Virus record (IMG/VR): IMGVR_UViG_3300045988_105165
Location: 87,445 to 151,444 of that record
Source of the DNA: a virus
Reading direction: 5' to 3' (one strand)
Length of the DNA stretch: 64,000 nucleotides
Below, in pieces: positions 39,769 through 49,966 of the stretch (positions are counted from its first letter, which is position 1; every line of letters starts with the position of its first letter). A model generated the notes under the pieces. That model had not been told where the DNA came from, did no database searches, and saw nothing but the letters and a program-made list of their open reading frames with translations. Both the position numbers and the translations under genes were made by a program.

Positions 39769-40335
39769 CTATTTCAACCTGCCGTAGCTCATATCAGGAT
39801 CACACCAGACATATCCGTCTTTCTCATCATGAAGATACTCAGGACATCCTCTGCATGCGCTACTTCCTGACACTATTTGATTGTTCTTATTAGGGCACTT
39901 ATCTCCAGGCTTATGCCATTCTATTCTCGAACCTGATCGCTCTTTGTTCACATGACAGAACTGAAAGACTTTTCCCATCGTCTTCTCGCCGAACATACCT
40001 ATATGTGTGTACTCTTCCGGTATAGCGAGAAATTCAGATAAATCCTTATACATCCTTTCCCGTTCCTCCGGCGTAGACCATAGTCTGTCAAGTTCGGCAT
40101 GGACTCTTATCTTAAGAGACCTTAGTGATGGCCCCGCAAGCCGGCCTTTAGCTTTTCCCTTATTCGGCCCTGATTCATGAACACCGACATAAGCATTGCA
40201 TGGTTTACACATCATAACCATCCCTAAGCCTTTTCTGCTATATATTTTATCGGCATTGACCAACTCGGTTTCTCTTCCACAATAAGGACAAATTTCGCCT
40301 CTTAAAACCCGTTGTTGGCGCTCATTAAGTTCCAT
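39769..40335 (-). CDS. zinc-finger protein (CPYCG..CKPC; C-terminal CRGCPEY)
   Basis: 188 aa with multiple CxxC pairs. Confidence 0.45.
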   Translation of the reverse strand: MELNERQQRVLRGEICPYCGRETELVNADKIYSRKGLGMVMMCKPCNAYVGVHESGPNKGKAKGRLAGPSLRSLKIRVHAELDRLWSTPEERERMYKDLSEFLAIPEEYTHIGMFGEKTMGKVFQFCHVNKERSGSRIEWHKPGDKCPNKNNQIVSGSSACRGCPEYLHDEKDGYVWCDPDMSYGRLK

Positions 40336-40580
40336 ACCCTATTCTTTTGTTTTTCTTTAAACTTTTCATACAAACTGCTTTCAGTTTCCATTTCTGAGAT
40401 CTCTACCTCTACGTCCTCTCTTTTGAAAATTACTTTCTTGGCTGTCGGATACGCACATTTAGAGATACGAATAGCATTACGAATAGCGTAAACAAAATAC
40501 GTTTCTGGTGACGATTCGATCACCACTACCTCATTTAAAGTATTTTTATAATTTTCCATGTTGTTATCTACTTGCTTCAA
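40302..40580 (-). CDS. hypothetical protein (92 aa)
   Basis: Co-directional ORF. Confidence 0.4.
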   Translation of the reverse strand: MKQVDNNMENYKNTLNEVVVIESSPETYFVYAIRNAIRISKCAYPTAKKVIFKREDVEVEISEMETESSLYEKFKEKQKNRVWNLMSANNGF

Positions 40581-40917
40581 TTATATAACCCGGATGATCT
40601 TCACACGCCTCTTTGTATTTGATAAGAAACTTAAGAAATGAATCATAAGACCCCCATCCGTTTTCCGGCTCGTATCTCAAAAGACTTTTTCTCTTAGAGA
40701 TCATAACACATATACCTTTTGTAAGTACATTCTTCATCTCATTGGTATATATTTCTTTATACAATTCTTCTGGTCTCCAAACATAATCGTACAGCGTTTC
40801 TTTATTTTCCGATACGAATATTCTTTGTGCCATCTTGTTCATGTTGTGGGTGATGTTTGCAACCCATTCACGATCCTCTTCTTTCTTCTTGTTCTTAATA
40901 TAAACATCCAGGCTCAT
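40564..40917 (-). CDS. hypothetical protein (117 aa)
   Basis: Co-directional ORF. Confidence 0.45.
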   Translation of the reverse strand: MSLDVYIKNKKKEEDREWVANITHNMNKMAQRIFVSENKETLYDYVWRPEELYKEIYTNEMKNVLTKGICVMISKRKSLLRYEPENGWGSYDSFLKFLIKYKEACEDHPGYIIEASR

Positions 40918-41908
40918 GATATTTTTCTTTTATCTTGTTACTAATTATCAAATCTGCCACATCATCTCCGTCTCCTACATTTTCAACATTTTGAAGATAG
41001 TCCGATACTTTTATCCTTGACTTCATCATCATCCCATCTATCTTTTTACTCCATGTCTCAAATGCTTGTCCTTTGTCCGGAAAAGCTACAGTCTTTCTAT
41101 CTTTTAAAACATCTATCACTTCCGGCCTTAGATTCTGCAACCCTCCGGTGGCCACAAATAATTCATCTGGTTTATTCACAGCGCATATAATAGCCGTCTT
41201 TTCTGATTCCACCAGATTAACCACCTTATCCGGATACTGGCTTAGAAGATGCTCTCCGAACAGGCATTGTCTAAACAAGAAGTCCCTTGCATGCAACGAG
41301 TGATAAAACATAACATGAGGCCGCTCATTGTCACCGTCTTTTTCTTTCACTCTTTTTACATCAATCTCATTCCCCTGGCTGTCGGTCTTTATATAAAAGT
41401 CCATGATCTTGCCAGTTCTACATACAAAGTCCTTATCTATCTGCCAGAATATACAACACCCTTTCCATCCCCATAAGTCCATTGTTCCGACATGATATCT
41501 TCTAAATACGTCAGATACCCTTTCTTTTCCCCATAGAGACGATAAAAATCTAAATACAGTATTTCTATCATCTGGAACCACAGTCCTCTCAAACTCGCTA
41601 AAAGGTATGTAATTTACAACGTCAGGATTTACAGGAGGACGATAAGCTCTTATACACTTGTTTCCTGAAATCCAAAGATCTTTGTCACCTACATCCTTAC
41701 CGGTAGGTCGTTTATCGTAACCACAAGTCCGTTCATGATCGCATCTCCCGAACTCGTTGCCAACAACCTGACCTGTTGCCACATCAATATAAGGGGTGAG
41801 GCACCGGCTTTTCCCGCAAGCCGGGCAGGTCAGCTTTAGTCGGCTCCTGCCAGGTCTGCGGTCAAGTTGAAACCGAGGTACGTTTTCGTATTTTCTAAAA
41901 TCAAGCAT
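40895..41908 (-). CDS. putative DNA primase (N-terminal zinc ribbon plus TOPRIM-like segment)
   Basis: CPACGKS..CDHERTC zinc ribbon. Later VESEKTAII..ATGG..AFPDKGQ resembles the TOPRIM E and DxD elements. Located near the DnaB-like helicase. Confidence 0.4.
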   Translation of the reverse strand: MLDFRKYENVPRFQLDRRPGRSRLKLTCPACGKSRCLTPYIDVATGQVVGNEFGRCDHERTCGYDKRPTGKDVGDKDLWISGNKCIRAYRPPVNPDVVNYIPFSEFERTVVPDDRNTVFRFLSSLWGKERVSDVFRRYHVGTMDLWGWKGCCIFWQIDKDFVCRTGKIMDFYIKTDSQGNEIDVKRVKEKDGDNERPHVMFYHSLHARDFLFRQCLFGEHLLSQYPDKVVNLVESEKTAIICAVNKPDELFVATGGLQNLRPEVIDVLKDRKTVAFPDKGQAFETWSKKIDGMMMKSRIKVSDYLQNVENVGDGDDVADLIISNKIKEKYHEPGCLY

Positions 41909-42251
41909 TTTTAACTCCTCTCATCGCCTCTATGATTCTATCTGCTATAGTTATAGACCATGACACCACATCTGGTACATATACTCCGCAATCTATTTCA
42001 CCTTTTCTATTTTGTGCTTTAACAAACTCAATAGAATAAGCCTTAACAAGATCGAATCTACGTTGTTCCCAGTCTACATCTTTGTTTTCGTCATTTACAG
42101 GAAGGGTATCGAGATAAAAATTTAAACTCTCACTTATCACATTCCCATTATCACCATAGAACTGTATTCTGTCATGGTCGCTTCTTGTAGTTGAGCTACT
42201 AAAGGTGATTACGTCTATTATCTCTCCTGTTCTTCTAATTTTTCTCTTCAT
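41901..42251 (-). CDS. hypothetical protein (116 aa)
   Basis: Co-directional ORF. Confidence 0.45.
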   Translation of the reverse strand: MKRKIRRTGEIIDVITFSSSTTRSDHDRIQFYGDNGNVISESLNFYLDTLPVNDENKDVDWEQRRFDLVKAYSIEFVKAQNRKGEIDCGVYVPDVVSWSITIADRIIEAMRGVKNA

Positions 42252-42478
42252 ACTCTTCTTGTGTTTCTAACCAGTATAGGCATTGTTACATTAACATTCT
42301 TGCCATATTTCTCATAAGATATGAGTATGCATATTGCATACTTATCCCCTATTTTCAAATCTTTCGATAATCTTAATCTTGACCCCCCTTTTGATGTTAA
42401 TAAAATAACCACCAAAAGGATTGATACATATCGGTTTTACAATTTCCACATAATCTCCTTTAGGAATAACAATATCAC

Positions 42479-43795
42479 TCATATTACGAATCTTTTAGAC
42501 ATTTCCTCTGCAATATCATATACAACCGTATGATCCTCTTCATTGTATGGTTTATTGATATTTAATACTCCTTTTCTCACTTTGAACTTCTTATCTTTTC
42601 TAAGGTGATTCAACATACCTTGTTGGAATACGCAGTCCGCCTTTTCAAGTGCTATACTGTCTTCTGTCCATTCTTTCAGCGTATATCCTTTGCTACTCGT
42701 GCTTTTTGGAGAAAAGTTCATAATACGCGCATCAATCCCATACCATGCTTTAACCATTCTTCTTTCAGCTTCTAATTGAAATGCGTATGATTCCCATATT
42801 CCCCCTGATTTAAAGTCGAGAATAACCACTTCTTCCTTCTCCACTTCTCTTACCTCCTTCTTCGGATCACCTTTCTTAAACTGCCCTGTGGCCCTTTGAT
42901 ACACGGCTCCAAAATAACCTTCTTCTTTGTATTTGAATGTCATTTTAACCATCGCATCTATCGGCGTAGCTACCAAATAGTCCTCTAATGACAATATTCT
43001 TTCAATCATCATCGGCTTAACCTTATACTCCGAACAAAATTTGGCAAACTTCATAACTCTGACAATCATATCGTCAAGATCATCTATGCTGTTAAAGAAT
43101 CGGTCAAGATTTTTCTTCGATATCTTCAGCTTACCTTCTTGTACGGTCTTAACTATAAAACTTCGATTTAAGACCATATCTCTACCTGTTAGGTACAATC
43201 CGTATAAGTAGTGCATGATCGTTCCCTTATCAGCTTCATACTGCGCCACCTCTTCCGGATTGCGACCAAGCATCTTTATCTCTTGCTTCCATTCCTGAAG
43301 TGCTGTCTTATCATCTACATACCCATCTTTGATTAAAGTTGTTACCGAAGCATATATCTTAGCCGTCCCATCATCCATCTTTCTTACATAAAAACGATTA
43401 TCGTCTAATGTCAATCTTACGAATTTGGGAGTCTCAATCTTCTTCAATTCATCACAGATATAAAATGGCTCTAACGTTTCCTGATTTTCTGTAAACGGAT
43501 TCAAATCTTCTTCTCCAGGGTTAGGAGCGGCTTCCTCCGCCGGAGCTTCCGGTTCCTCTTCCTGGACCGGCTCTGGCTCAGGCGCCGGCTCTTCAACTAC
43601 TGGAACCTGTCCGCCTCTTTCTGCTATGTCTCTGTTCTTTATTAAAGACATAACCTCCTTCTTCAACTGCTCTGGTGTTTGGTTAGGATCTGACACCGAC
43701 ATCACAACATCGTTCATTCTAAACAACGTATTTCCTTCTCCTTCCACCATAGGGACAAATCCTAAATCTGTCAATATTTTTATTTTCTCTTTCAT
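42479..43795 (-). CDS. PD-(D/E)XK family nuclease (lambda-exo/YqaJ/RecB-like) with an acidic Pro/Glu-rich linker
   Basis: Motif III VVILDFKSGG. N-proximal low-complexity stretch EEPAPEPEPVQEEEPEAPAEEAAP. Confidence 0.5.
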   Translation of the reverse strand: MKEKIKILTDLGFVPMVEGEGNTLFRMNDVVMSVSDPNQTPEQLKKEVMSLIKNRDIAERGGQVPVVEEPAPEPEPVQEEEPEAPAEEAAPNPGEEDLNPFTENQETLEPFYICDELKKIETPKFVRLTLDDNRFYVRKMDDGTAKIYASVTTLIKDGYVDDKTALQEWKQEIKMLGRNPEEVAQYEADKGTIMHYLYGLYLTGRDMVLNRSFIVKTVQEGKLKISKKNLDRFFNSIDDLDDMIVRVMKFAKFCSEYKVKPMMIERILSLEDYLVATPIDAMVKMTFKYKEEGYFGAVYQRATGQFKKGDPKKEVREVEKEEVVILDFKSGGIWESYAFQLEAERRMVKAWYGIDARIMNFSPKSTSSKGYTLKEWTEDSIALEKADCVFQQGMLNHLRKDKKFKVRKGVLNINKPYNEEDHTVVYDIAEEMSKRFVI

Positions 43796-43977
43796 GATCT
43801 TCCTCTAATCAATTCTTCTTTAATACAATGTAACACTGTTTCCACTTCATCTTTATCTCTATCTTTCACTGCGATAGCTATATCCTTACCATAACTTTCT
43901 CTCTGTATGTGAGCATAAAAGATAGTTTCATCGTCAGCTTCTATTCTTATTTTATAAAGTTTTCTCATATCTGTCAA
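43792..43977 (-). CDS. hypothetical protein (61 aa)
   Basis: 4-nt overlap. Confidence 0.35.
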   Translation of the reverse strand: MTDMRKLYKIRIEADDETIFYAHIQRESYGKDIAIAVKDRDKDEVETVLHCIKEELIRGRS

Positions 43978-44476
43978 TTATTTCAATAATTAATCTACCT
44001 CTTTCTTTAATCATTCCCCTGCTTTCCATATCCAGCACCTTCTTTACCGCATACTTCCACACAAAAGGAAATTCTGTTTCAAGTTTATCAAATTCCATCC
44101 GGTCAAGATACATGTCGAATACCGTATGCTCTGATTCATGAAGGAAAACTATATTATCCCTGCAAGTGGCAACCGACTTATATAACCTTTTCGGAAGTAT
44201 GTGACAGACGTTACATACTGTAGGAAAATGAATAGCTTTACCAGTCATAGACATTCGAATAGTACTCAACTCCTCCAACATAAGACGAAAAAACCCGGAT
44301 AAATCCGGGTTCTCTAACTTTTTCTTCTTGCTGCTGTTTTTAATGGATGTAATTCTGTTTTTTTTCTTCGGAGTCAACTCTTTGCTCCTGCAAGCCTGGC
44401 ATAAGCCATGACTTCTTATCATCACTTTTCGTCCACATCGTTCGCAGACGTATAGCTTCTTTTCCTTGCTTTCCAT
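43952..44476 (-). CDS. zinc-ribbon protein (CERCG..CQAC)
   Basis: 174 aa. Confidence 0.45.
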   Translation of the reverse strand: MESKEKKLYVCERCGRKVMIRSHGLCQACRSKELTPKKKNRITSIKNSSKKKKLENPDLSGFFRLMLEELSTIRMSMTGKAIHFPTVCNVCHILPKRLYKSVATCRDNIVFLHESEHTVFDMYLDRMEFDKLETEFPFVWKYAVKKVLDMESRGMIKERGRLIIEIIDRYEKTL

Positions 44477-44661
44477 TCGAATAATAATGATATTATTGAA
44501 AAGAACAATCCCGCTGAAGCCAGTAGATAAGGTACGTTCATTAATAATTTAGATACCTCGTCTGTCTTAATCACTATCAGAAGGAAAGCGCCTGCTGAAA
44601 GCAATGATATTATCGCCACAACAAGCGCTATGTTGGAAACTACATCAGCCTTACTCTTCAC
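44422..44661 (-). CDS. two-TM small membrane protein (holin-like topology)
   Basis: Two hydrophobic helices and a charged C-terminus. 79 aa. Confidence 0.35.
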   Translation of the reverse strand: MKSKADVVSNIALVVAIISLLSAGAFLLIVIKTDEVSKLLMNVPYLLASAGLFFSIISLLFEWKARKRSYTSANDVDEK

Positions 44662-45121
44662 TCTTCTTCTCGCCTAATTTTTCAGCTCCCTTCTGAAGAT
44701 CGTATTTAAACACTTCAATGATTTTCGTTTCCACAATAGACTCGCAATTCCAGTCTCCTAACGTACCCTGCATACCTTTAGTCAACACAGCTTCGGCATC
44801 CTTAGGATTGCCGGCCTGGATATACATATAGCATGGAGTTTTCTTTTCTTTACCTTTCTTTTCATCCAGTGTAATGTAATTCACCTTACACTTATACCAG
44901 TACTCAGCTTCTCCGTTGAAGAAGATTTCCGACACTTTAATAGGATTAATTTTTACAACCTCGAAAGAATTGTACAAATCCTTGAAGATCTCCAACGATC
45001 TTGATTCTGCCTCTGTGTAAGACAAGGCATCCACTAAATACTTTTCAGTTACTTTCTTTTTTTTGCCGTTCTCGATATTATCAATCTCGGCTTTTACCGT
45101 AATTTCAAACCAGCGATTCAT
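44651..45121 (-). CDS. hypothetical protein (156 aa)
   Basis: Co-directional ORF. Confidence 0.45.
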   Translation of the reverse strand: MNRWFEITVKAEIDNIENGKKKKVTEKYLVDALSYTEAESRSLEIFKDLYNSFEVVKINPIKVSEIFFNGEAEYWYKCKVNYITLDEKKGKEKKTPCYMYIQAGNPKDAEAVLTKGMQGTLGDWNCESIVETKIIEVFKYDLQKGAEKLGEKKSEE

Positions 45122-45132
45122 TGCATTAATAT

Positions 45133-45393
45133 TTAATTAGTTGATTTCTTTCCTTTTTCTATTTCTGTTTGAAGCCTGGCTGAGCACCATTGTAGTACAT
45201 CCATCATCATCATATTATTATTTGATAATACACCTTTTATAACCAAAGCCAGTTGACGAGGAGACATACGCTGACTCATATCAAACCTACATTCTTCTTC
45301 GTTTACTATCGTGACCACAAAATATTTGCAACCTTCTAAATGTATCAAGGCTTCAGCCATAGCCTCTTTAATCTTTTCTTCTTCCTCTTTCAT
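45133..45393 (-). CDS. hypothetical protein (86 aa)
   Basis: Co-directional ORF. Confidence 0.4.
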   Translation of the reverse strand: MKEEEEKIKEAMAEALIHLEGCKYFVVTIVNEEECRFDMSQRMSPRQLALVIKGVLSNNNMMMMDVLQWCSARLQTEIEKGKKSTN

Positions 45394-45461
45394 GTTTCTT
45401 ACTTTTCGGACAAAGATATGTCTTTTGTTGCTTAATAAGAAACAAAATGATTTAATGTAAA

Positions 45462-46130
45462 TTAATTTTCTTCCGGGTCAACACCGATAGACATATTGTA
45501 TCTTTTCCTGATAAAGACTTCTGTTTCTTCATTAAACGGGTAGGCTTCTTTCAAGAAAGCCATAGCCCGCTCCGCATCTTTATCTGCTATCTCAATATAT
45601 CTCTCGAAAGTCATGCAAAGGTCGATGTTGTACGCACGCTCCTGTTTTATCTTGTCCACGTATTTCAACACTCGGCTTCTTATGTTGTTGGCTTCCTCTA
45701 CCGTCTTATTAAATGATCCTATTTTTTCTGATTCAGGATCATTGTTTTCTTTGTTAACTCTTTCAAATTCTTCATTGGTGTATCCTACGCAACCCTCTAC
45801 TGCCGGCACGACGCCCTCGTTTATGACGTTTAACCTCTCATAAGATCGGTTTAAATACTTTGAATTCACTTTAAAAGCCCTGGACCTGACCAGTAAATTC
45901 GCCACCTCTGTAGCGTCCTCTATCTTTCTAAATCCTACACCTATGTCTTTAATGACAAATATCGGAACCCCGCAATCCGGGTACACAACTTCCTTTTCGT
46001 TCTTTATATTCCAATTTTTAGCTTCAATTGGAATACCCTTACCAGCAAGCTCTTTGTCTATATACAGACTTATCTCTTCGTCTGTCAATGCCACAATCTC
46101 ATCTCTGCTTAAATCAAAAACTGTTTTCAT
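45462..46130 (-). CDS. hypothetical protein (222 aa)
   Basis: Co-directional ORF. Confidence 0.5.
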   Translation of the reverse strand: MKTVFDLSRDEIVALTDEEISLYIDKELAGKGIPIEAKNWNIKNEKEVVYPDCGVPIFVIKDIGVGFRKIEDATEVANLLVRSRAFKVNSKYLNRSYERLNVINEGVVPAVEGCVGYTNEEFERVNKENNDPESEKIGSFNKTVEEANNIRSRVLKYVDKIKQERAYNIDLCMTFERYIEIADKDAERAMAFLKEAYPFNEETEVFIRKRYNMSIGVDPEEN

Positions 46131-46330
46131 TTCTTTTTATTTATTAAATTAAACAATCTACCTCTTTGTTCAGGCTCCGTATATTCTACCCATATATCGG
46201 CTGCCACATTTCTAAGAAATTCCATAAAGTCATGATGATCCCTGTATTCAACAGAATCGACTTTTCTCACAAAACTTAGGATTTCCTTTAACATCTTATT
46301 GTTTTCTTCAAGAAGCTCTCTGTCGGTCAT
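46127..46330 (-). CDS. hypothetical protein (67 aa)
   Basis: 4-nt overlap. Confidence 0.4.
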   Translation of the reverse strand: MTDRELLEENNKMLKEILSFVRKVDSVEYRDHHDFMEFLRNVAADIWVEYTEPEQRGRLFNLINKKK

Positions 46331-46515
46331 AACCTTTCAAATTTTCTTCTTAATTTATTCATTCTTCTATTTTCTTTAAAACAAGGAAATGGCTTATCTT
46401 TTACCGATAAATAACCATCTTGAATACAGTCGCTTATAGCTTTAGAGGATAGTATTTTTACTAATTTTGTACCCGATCTATCATTAGGATCGTCAAGTCC
46501 TAAAACGTTTTGCAT
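46327..46515 (-). CDS. hypothetical protein (62 aa)
   Basis: 4-nt overlap. Confidence 0.4.
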   Translation of the reverse strand: MQNVLGLDDPNDRSGTKLVKILSSKAISDCIQDGYLSVKDKPFPCFKENRRMNKLRRKFERL

Positions 46516-46705
46516 TCCGGTATTAGACCTCGCCTCTACGAATTAAATAACATTCTCCTTTTTTATTAGGATGCTTCTTAAACGGATCTTTTGGCAAATA
46601 TATGTATTCATACTTATCAGTACATTTTTTTTGTTTCTCCAAATTGGATGAAGTGTTTTTCCTTTTTTGTCTCATAACTCTAACTTTTAAAAATGAATAA
46701 TTAAT

Positions 46706-46730
46706 TGAGTATATAATTACCTAAGGTAAT
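46706..46730. promoter_or_regulatory. dyad motif copy b: GAGTATATAATTACCTAAGGTAAT
   Basis: Second copy. Adjacent ATTACC-TAA-GGTAAT hairpin. Sits at the 3' end of ORF 46721..46987 and about 30-40 nt upstream, in the minus sense, of an unlisted 44-aa ORF. Confidence 0.35.
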
Positions 46731-46987
46731 AGATCATCCAAATAAGCCCATGATTCCATTTCATCTAATCTGCATAAAATACATCCTGGACGGCTGGATA
46801 TAAAAGTTTTGTTCTCTTCCAATATACCCATAATTGGATTCTTTGATCCTATTGTTGATTTCTTAGGGAGAAACACAATAAAACGGTGGCAATCTGGAAT
46901 TACTGTTATAGAATGCCATACGCTGTTAATGCGCCACTCTGCACCAGCTTTAAAAAGAGGAACAGCATATTCTATATCTTGTTTCAT
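46721..46987 (-). CDS. hypothetical protein (88 aa)
   Basis: Co-directional ORF. Confidence 0.4.
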   Translation of the reverse strand: MKQDIEYAVPLFKAGAEWRINSVWHSITVIPDCHRFIVFLPKKSTIGSKNPIMGILEENKTFISSRPGCILCRLDEMESWAYLDDLLP

Positions 46988-47031
46988 GTCTTATTATTGT
47001 TTAATTAATTTAAATATTTTTAGTTTTGAAA

Positions 47032-47277
47032 TTATTTAATATGCTTATCGGCTGGATTGATTATCAATCCATCGTCACATGAAGGGAATGATATGTTAGA
47101 TTCTCCATTATCAAGATTAGTCAGTTTAACCGTTCCAGCATATTCATCATCCACAAAAAACAATTGACCCGAAGAAACCACAAACCTGCATTGATATGCA
47201 TTCATCATTGCTCCAAGCTGTCTAATCTTAGTTTTAATCTCTAAAAGTTGAGCGTTGTTGATTATATTCTTATTCAT
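47032..47277 (-). CDS. hypothetical protein (81 aa)
   Basis: Co-directional ORF. Confidence 0.4.
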   Translation of the reverse strand: MNKNIINNAQLLEIKTKIRQLGAMMNAYQCRFVVSSGQLFFVDDEYAGTVKLTNLDNGESNISFPSCDDGLIINPADKHIK

Positions 47278-47430
47278 ATTTTATTAAAGTTTATCTATTA
47301 TTTTGTCACCCATTTCCTGCCATTCATCACTCACGCTTATAACCAATCCTATGACAGTGAATGATAATAACAACGTAAAAATAAGCCATAACAGAAAGCG
47401 GATAAAAACACATACACACCTCATGATTTT

Positions 47431-48177
47431 TTAGTTGTTAGATAAAAGCAAAATCGGTTCATTTGACCCCGCAATTGCTTTTATTTGTTCTGGATTGATA
47501 AAACTCTTAACTTGTTCGCTTATATTACAAATGGACTTGATCATATCAACGAATAATTTCGAGGTACATTCGTTACACTCCACTTCCATTACCTGTTTAT
47601 GTCTATTGTATGATATACTTACTACACAATTCAGCCAGTGCGCATAGGTTCCTTTTTCTGTATTTAACCTGCTGTATTCTACTTTTGTCTCTCCATTTCC
47701 ATATTCAATTACTCTTTTTAGAAATGGTTTTGCATAAACACTAAAACCGAAAGGTTGGGCGTTTAAGGCATCTAAACGGGAAGTTCCATCCCTCCATTCT
47801 CCATTTTCATCGCCTCCTGTCCATTCCTTAGAGGGGTTAGGGACAATATTTCCGTTTTTGTCATATGAAAACGTGCAATTCGTTTCCAGTTGATACTTAA
47901 TAACAGGCACTTCTTCTACTATTTTATAACTCAAACATCTCTTCAGAACTTCCCTGATTTGACTTTCCAAATCAGAAAGTGCTATACTATTGAAATATCC
48001 TTCGTTGCCTAATCTGTTTGTAGGTAATTTGATCCCATAAGAATGAATCTTATCCACATCTTCTTTTGACAAGGTAGTGGTAAACACTCCTTCTTTGGTG
48101 ACATTCACTTTAGCAGTTACAGACAAACTGTTATTAGCGTTCTTTTCCGTTATATTTAGTGTTGTTAATGCTGCCAT
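47431..48177 (-). CDS. hypothetical protein (248 aa)
   Basis: Co-directional ORF. Confidence 0.5.
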   Translation of the reverse strand: MAALTTLNITEKNANNSLSVTAKVNVTKEGVFTTTLSKEDVDKIHSYGIKLPTNRLGNEGYFNSIALSDLESQIREVLKRCLSYKIVEEVPVIKYQLETNCTFSYDKNGNIVPNPSKEWTGGDENGEWRDGTSRLDALNAQPFGFSVYAKPFLKRVIEYGNGETKVEYSRLNTEKGTYAHWLNCVVSISYNRHKQVMEVECNECTSKLFVDMIKSICNISEQVKSFINPEQIKAIAGSNEPILLLSNN

Positions 48178-48195
48178 AATCAGATCTTTTTAAAA

Positions 48196-48447
48196 TCAAT
48201 TCGAATAAATATAATACATTCCTGCTTCATATACCTTATGTACATCAGGGTCATTCTTGTCTTCCGGTTCCAATTCACTCTCTTCACAAGTATAATCCCA
48301 TTCAGAGTTGTAGTACATATCCTCGTCTGTTTTCTCCAAGGAACAATCTTTCATTAGATTCATATTTTCTCCCCATACTGCAACTTCTTGTCGTTGCTCT
48401 TCTTCCGTCATAAGGGATATTTTGTCTTTTAATTCTTTCCAGGTCAT
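48196..48447 (-). CDS. hypothetical acidic protein (83 aa)
   Basis: Co-directional ORF. Confidence 0.4.
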   Translation of the reverse strand: MTWKELKDKISLMTEEEQRQEVAVWGENMNLMKDCSLEKTDEDMYYNSEWDYTCEESELEPEDKNDPDVHKVYEAGMYYIYSN

Positions 48448-48471
48448 GATTTTTAAAAGATGATTAATAGT

Positions 48472-48855
48472 TTATTCTACATCAAAAAGCTGATCTAACA
48501 CCAACAATTCCGCATTCATATCTTCATCTTTCGGGAAACGAACTTTTATATTTCCAAACTTAGATGTCTTAAACAAGATGTAGGGGTTCATATCTTCGGC
48601 AGTCACCGGCTTATATTCCTTAACTTCCGACATCTTGAGATACCAGTCACCTATTTTTACAAACCCAGAAAAGATAGAACACAGATGCGCTTTTACAGAC
48701 TGTATCTCCTTTTTATCTTTGAAAGGTATAATTTCGTCCTTTCCCCTTATCCTGATTGACAAGAAAGGACGAATGTTATCTGTTTCATTTTGAAATTTGA
48801 AGCCTGTTATGGCTTGCTTGGGGATTCTTCTTCCCATTAATATAAAATAGCTCAT
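48472..48855 (-). CDS. hypothetical protein (127 aa), partner gene downstream of the ATPase
   Basis: Co-directional ORF with a dyad motif copy about 20 nt upstream of its ATG. Confidence 0.45.
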   Translation of the reverse strand: MSYFILMGRRIPKQAITGFKFQNETDNIRPFLSIRIRGKDEIIPFKDKKEIQSVKAHLCSIFSGFVKIGDWYLKMSEVKEYKPVTAEDMNPYILFKTSKFGNIKVRFPKDEDMNAELLVLDQLFDVE

Positions 48856-48865
48856 TGTGATAAGT

Positions 48866-48886
48866 TTATAAAAAAATGGTATATAA
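48866..48886. promoter_or_regulatory. dyad motif copy c: TGGTATATAATTACTTCA
   Basis: Third copy, between the ATPase stop and the next ATG. Confidence 0.35.
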
Positions 48887-48895
48887 TTACTTCAA

Positions 48896-49693
48896 TTAAT
48901 TAGATGCAAATATGCTAATTTTGTTTAGATATCCTTCTGTCATCTCTATGAAATTCACACAATCTAATTTGCTTAACTTGTAAATCAATGCCGGATTGTG
49001 TACTATGGCTATAATTTGCGTTTGTGGTTTATGGAATGACAATACATTATAAATTTGCATTATATTGTCAATGTCAAGATTTCTGTCTGGCTCATCCATG
49101 AGAACCGTGTATTCAAAACTGCTTTCTGTTAATGTTATGCGGTTTCTTCCATAATACTTCAACAGGTTATCAATTCTTTTAATCCAAAACGCATTTGATT
49201 TTTTCTTGTATTCTACAAGATCTTGTATTGGAAATGTATAATCCTTTTGACCGAACATTAAATTGAAGAGTGATTCCAATGATAACACCACTTTCTCTCC
49301 ATAAGATCTTCGAATATTATTCACATACAAATCGAAATTGCTGATGTTTTTCAATACGCTATCTCGATTCATCTCCGCCGATGGCAATAAACGGAATACT
49401 TTCCCTGCATAATCAGATGATATGTCAATCCCATCAAGAACCTTGTCATCATCATCAAATATAGGTGGAAAATCCAGCGCCTCAGCCGGCATTTCAGAGC
49501 ACATGGACTTCTCGCATAACGCATACATTGATATGATGTTAAGCAAAGTTGTTTTTCCACTACCGTTTTTACCTATAATTACATTCACTCCTGGCTTGAA
49601 AATAAATTCTTTACCATTTTCAAACGCTTCTATGTCCGAAGCATATTCAAATGGAGTTTTTGTATTGTCTTTTATTTTTACTTTATATATCAT
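48896..49693 (-). CDS. ABC/OLD-like P-loop ATPase (Walker A GKNGSGKTTLL, Walker B VLMDEPDRNLD, His-loop IIAIVHN)
   Basis: 265 aa with the motif order of ABC-type ATPases (AAA_15/AAA_21-like). No LSGGQ signature seen. Confidence 0.6.
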   Translation of the reverse strand: MIYKVKIKDNTKTPFEYASDIEAFENGKEFIFKPGVNVIIGKNGSGKTTLLNIISMYALCEKSMCSEMPAEALDFPPIFDDDDKVLDGIDISSDYAGKVFRLLPSAEMNRDSVLKNISNFDLYVNNIRRSYGEKVVLSLESLFNLMFGQKDYTFPIQDLVEYKKKSNAFWIKRIDNLLKYYGRNRITLTESSFEYTVLMDEPDRNLDIDNIMQIYNVLSFHKPQTQIIAIVHNPALIYKLSKLDCVNFIEMTEGYLNKISIFASN

Positions 49694-49966
49694 TTTATAC
49701 TGGCTATGTTATAAAACATACGGATGTTATTTAATTTCATATTTTTCTTCTCTAACTTTGTTTTACTCAATCGAATCAATAAGTCCCTTGTTTCGGACAA
49801 GACGGTTGAGTAAAAGAGGTCTTTGATATAAGGTTCCGTCTTGAAAACGTAAGATGGGTAAAATCAAAAACGTTTTTTAGTAAAAGAATCCGGCGATCTC
49901 ACTTTCGAGCAACCGGTAGAGGGTATTGGTGATACCCAGTATGATGCTTCGTACAAATGTATATCA

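Noticed and set aside
49745-49800. tRNA with TCGAATC T-loop at 49751
   Set aside because: No flanking complementary T-stem and no cloverleaf could be built. Reinterpreted as part of a structured leader.
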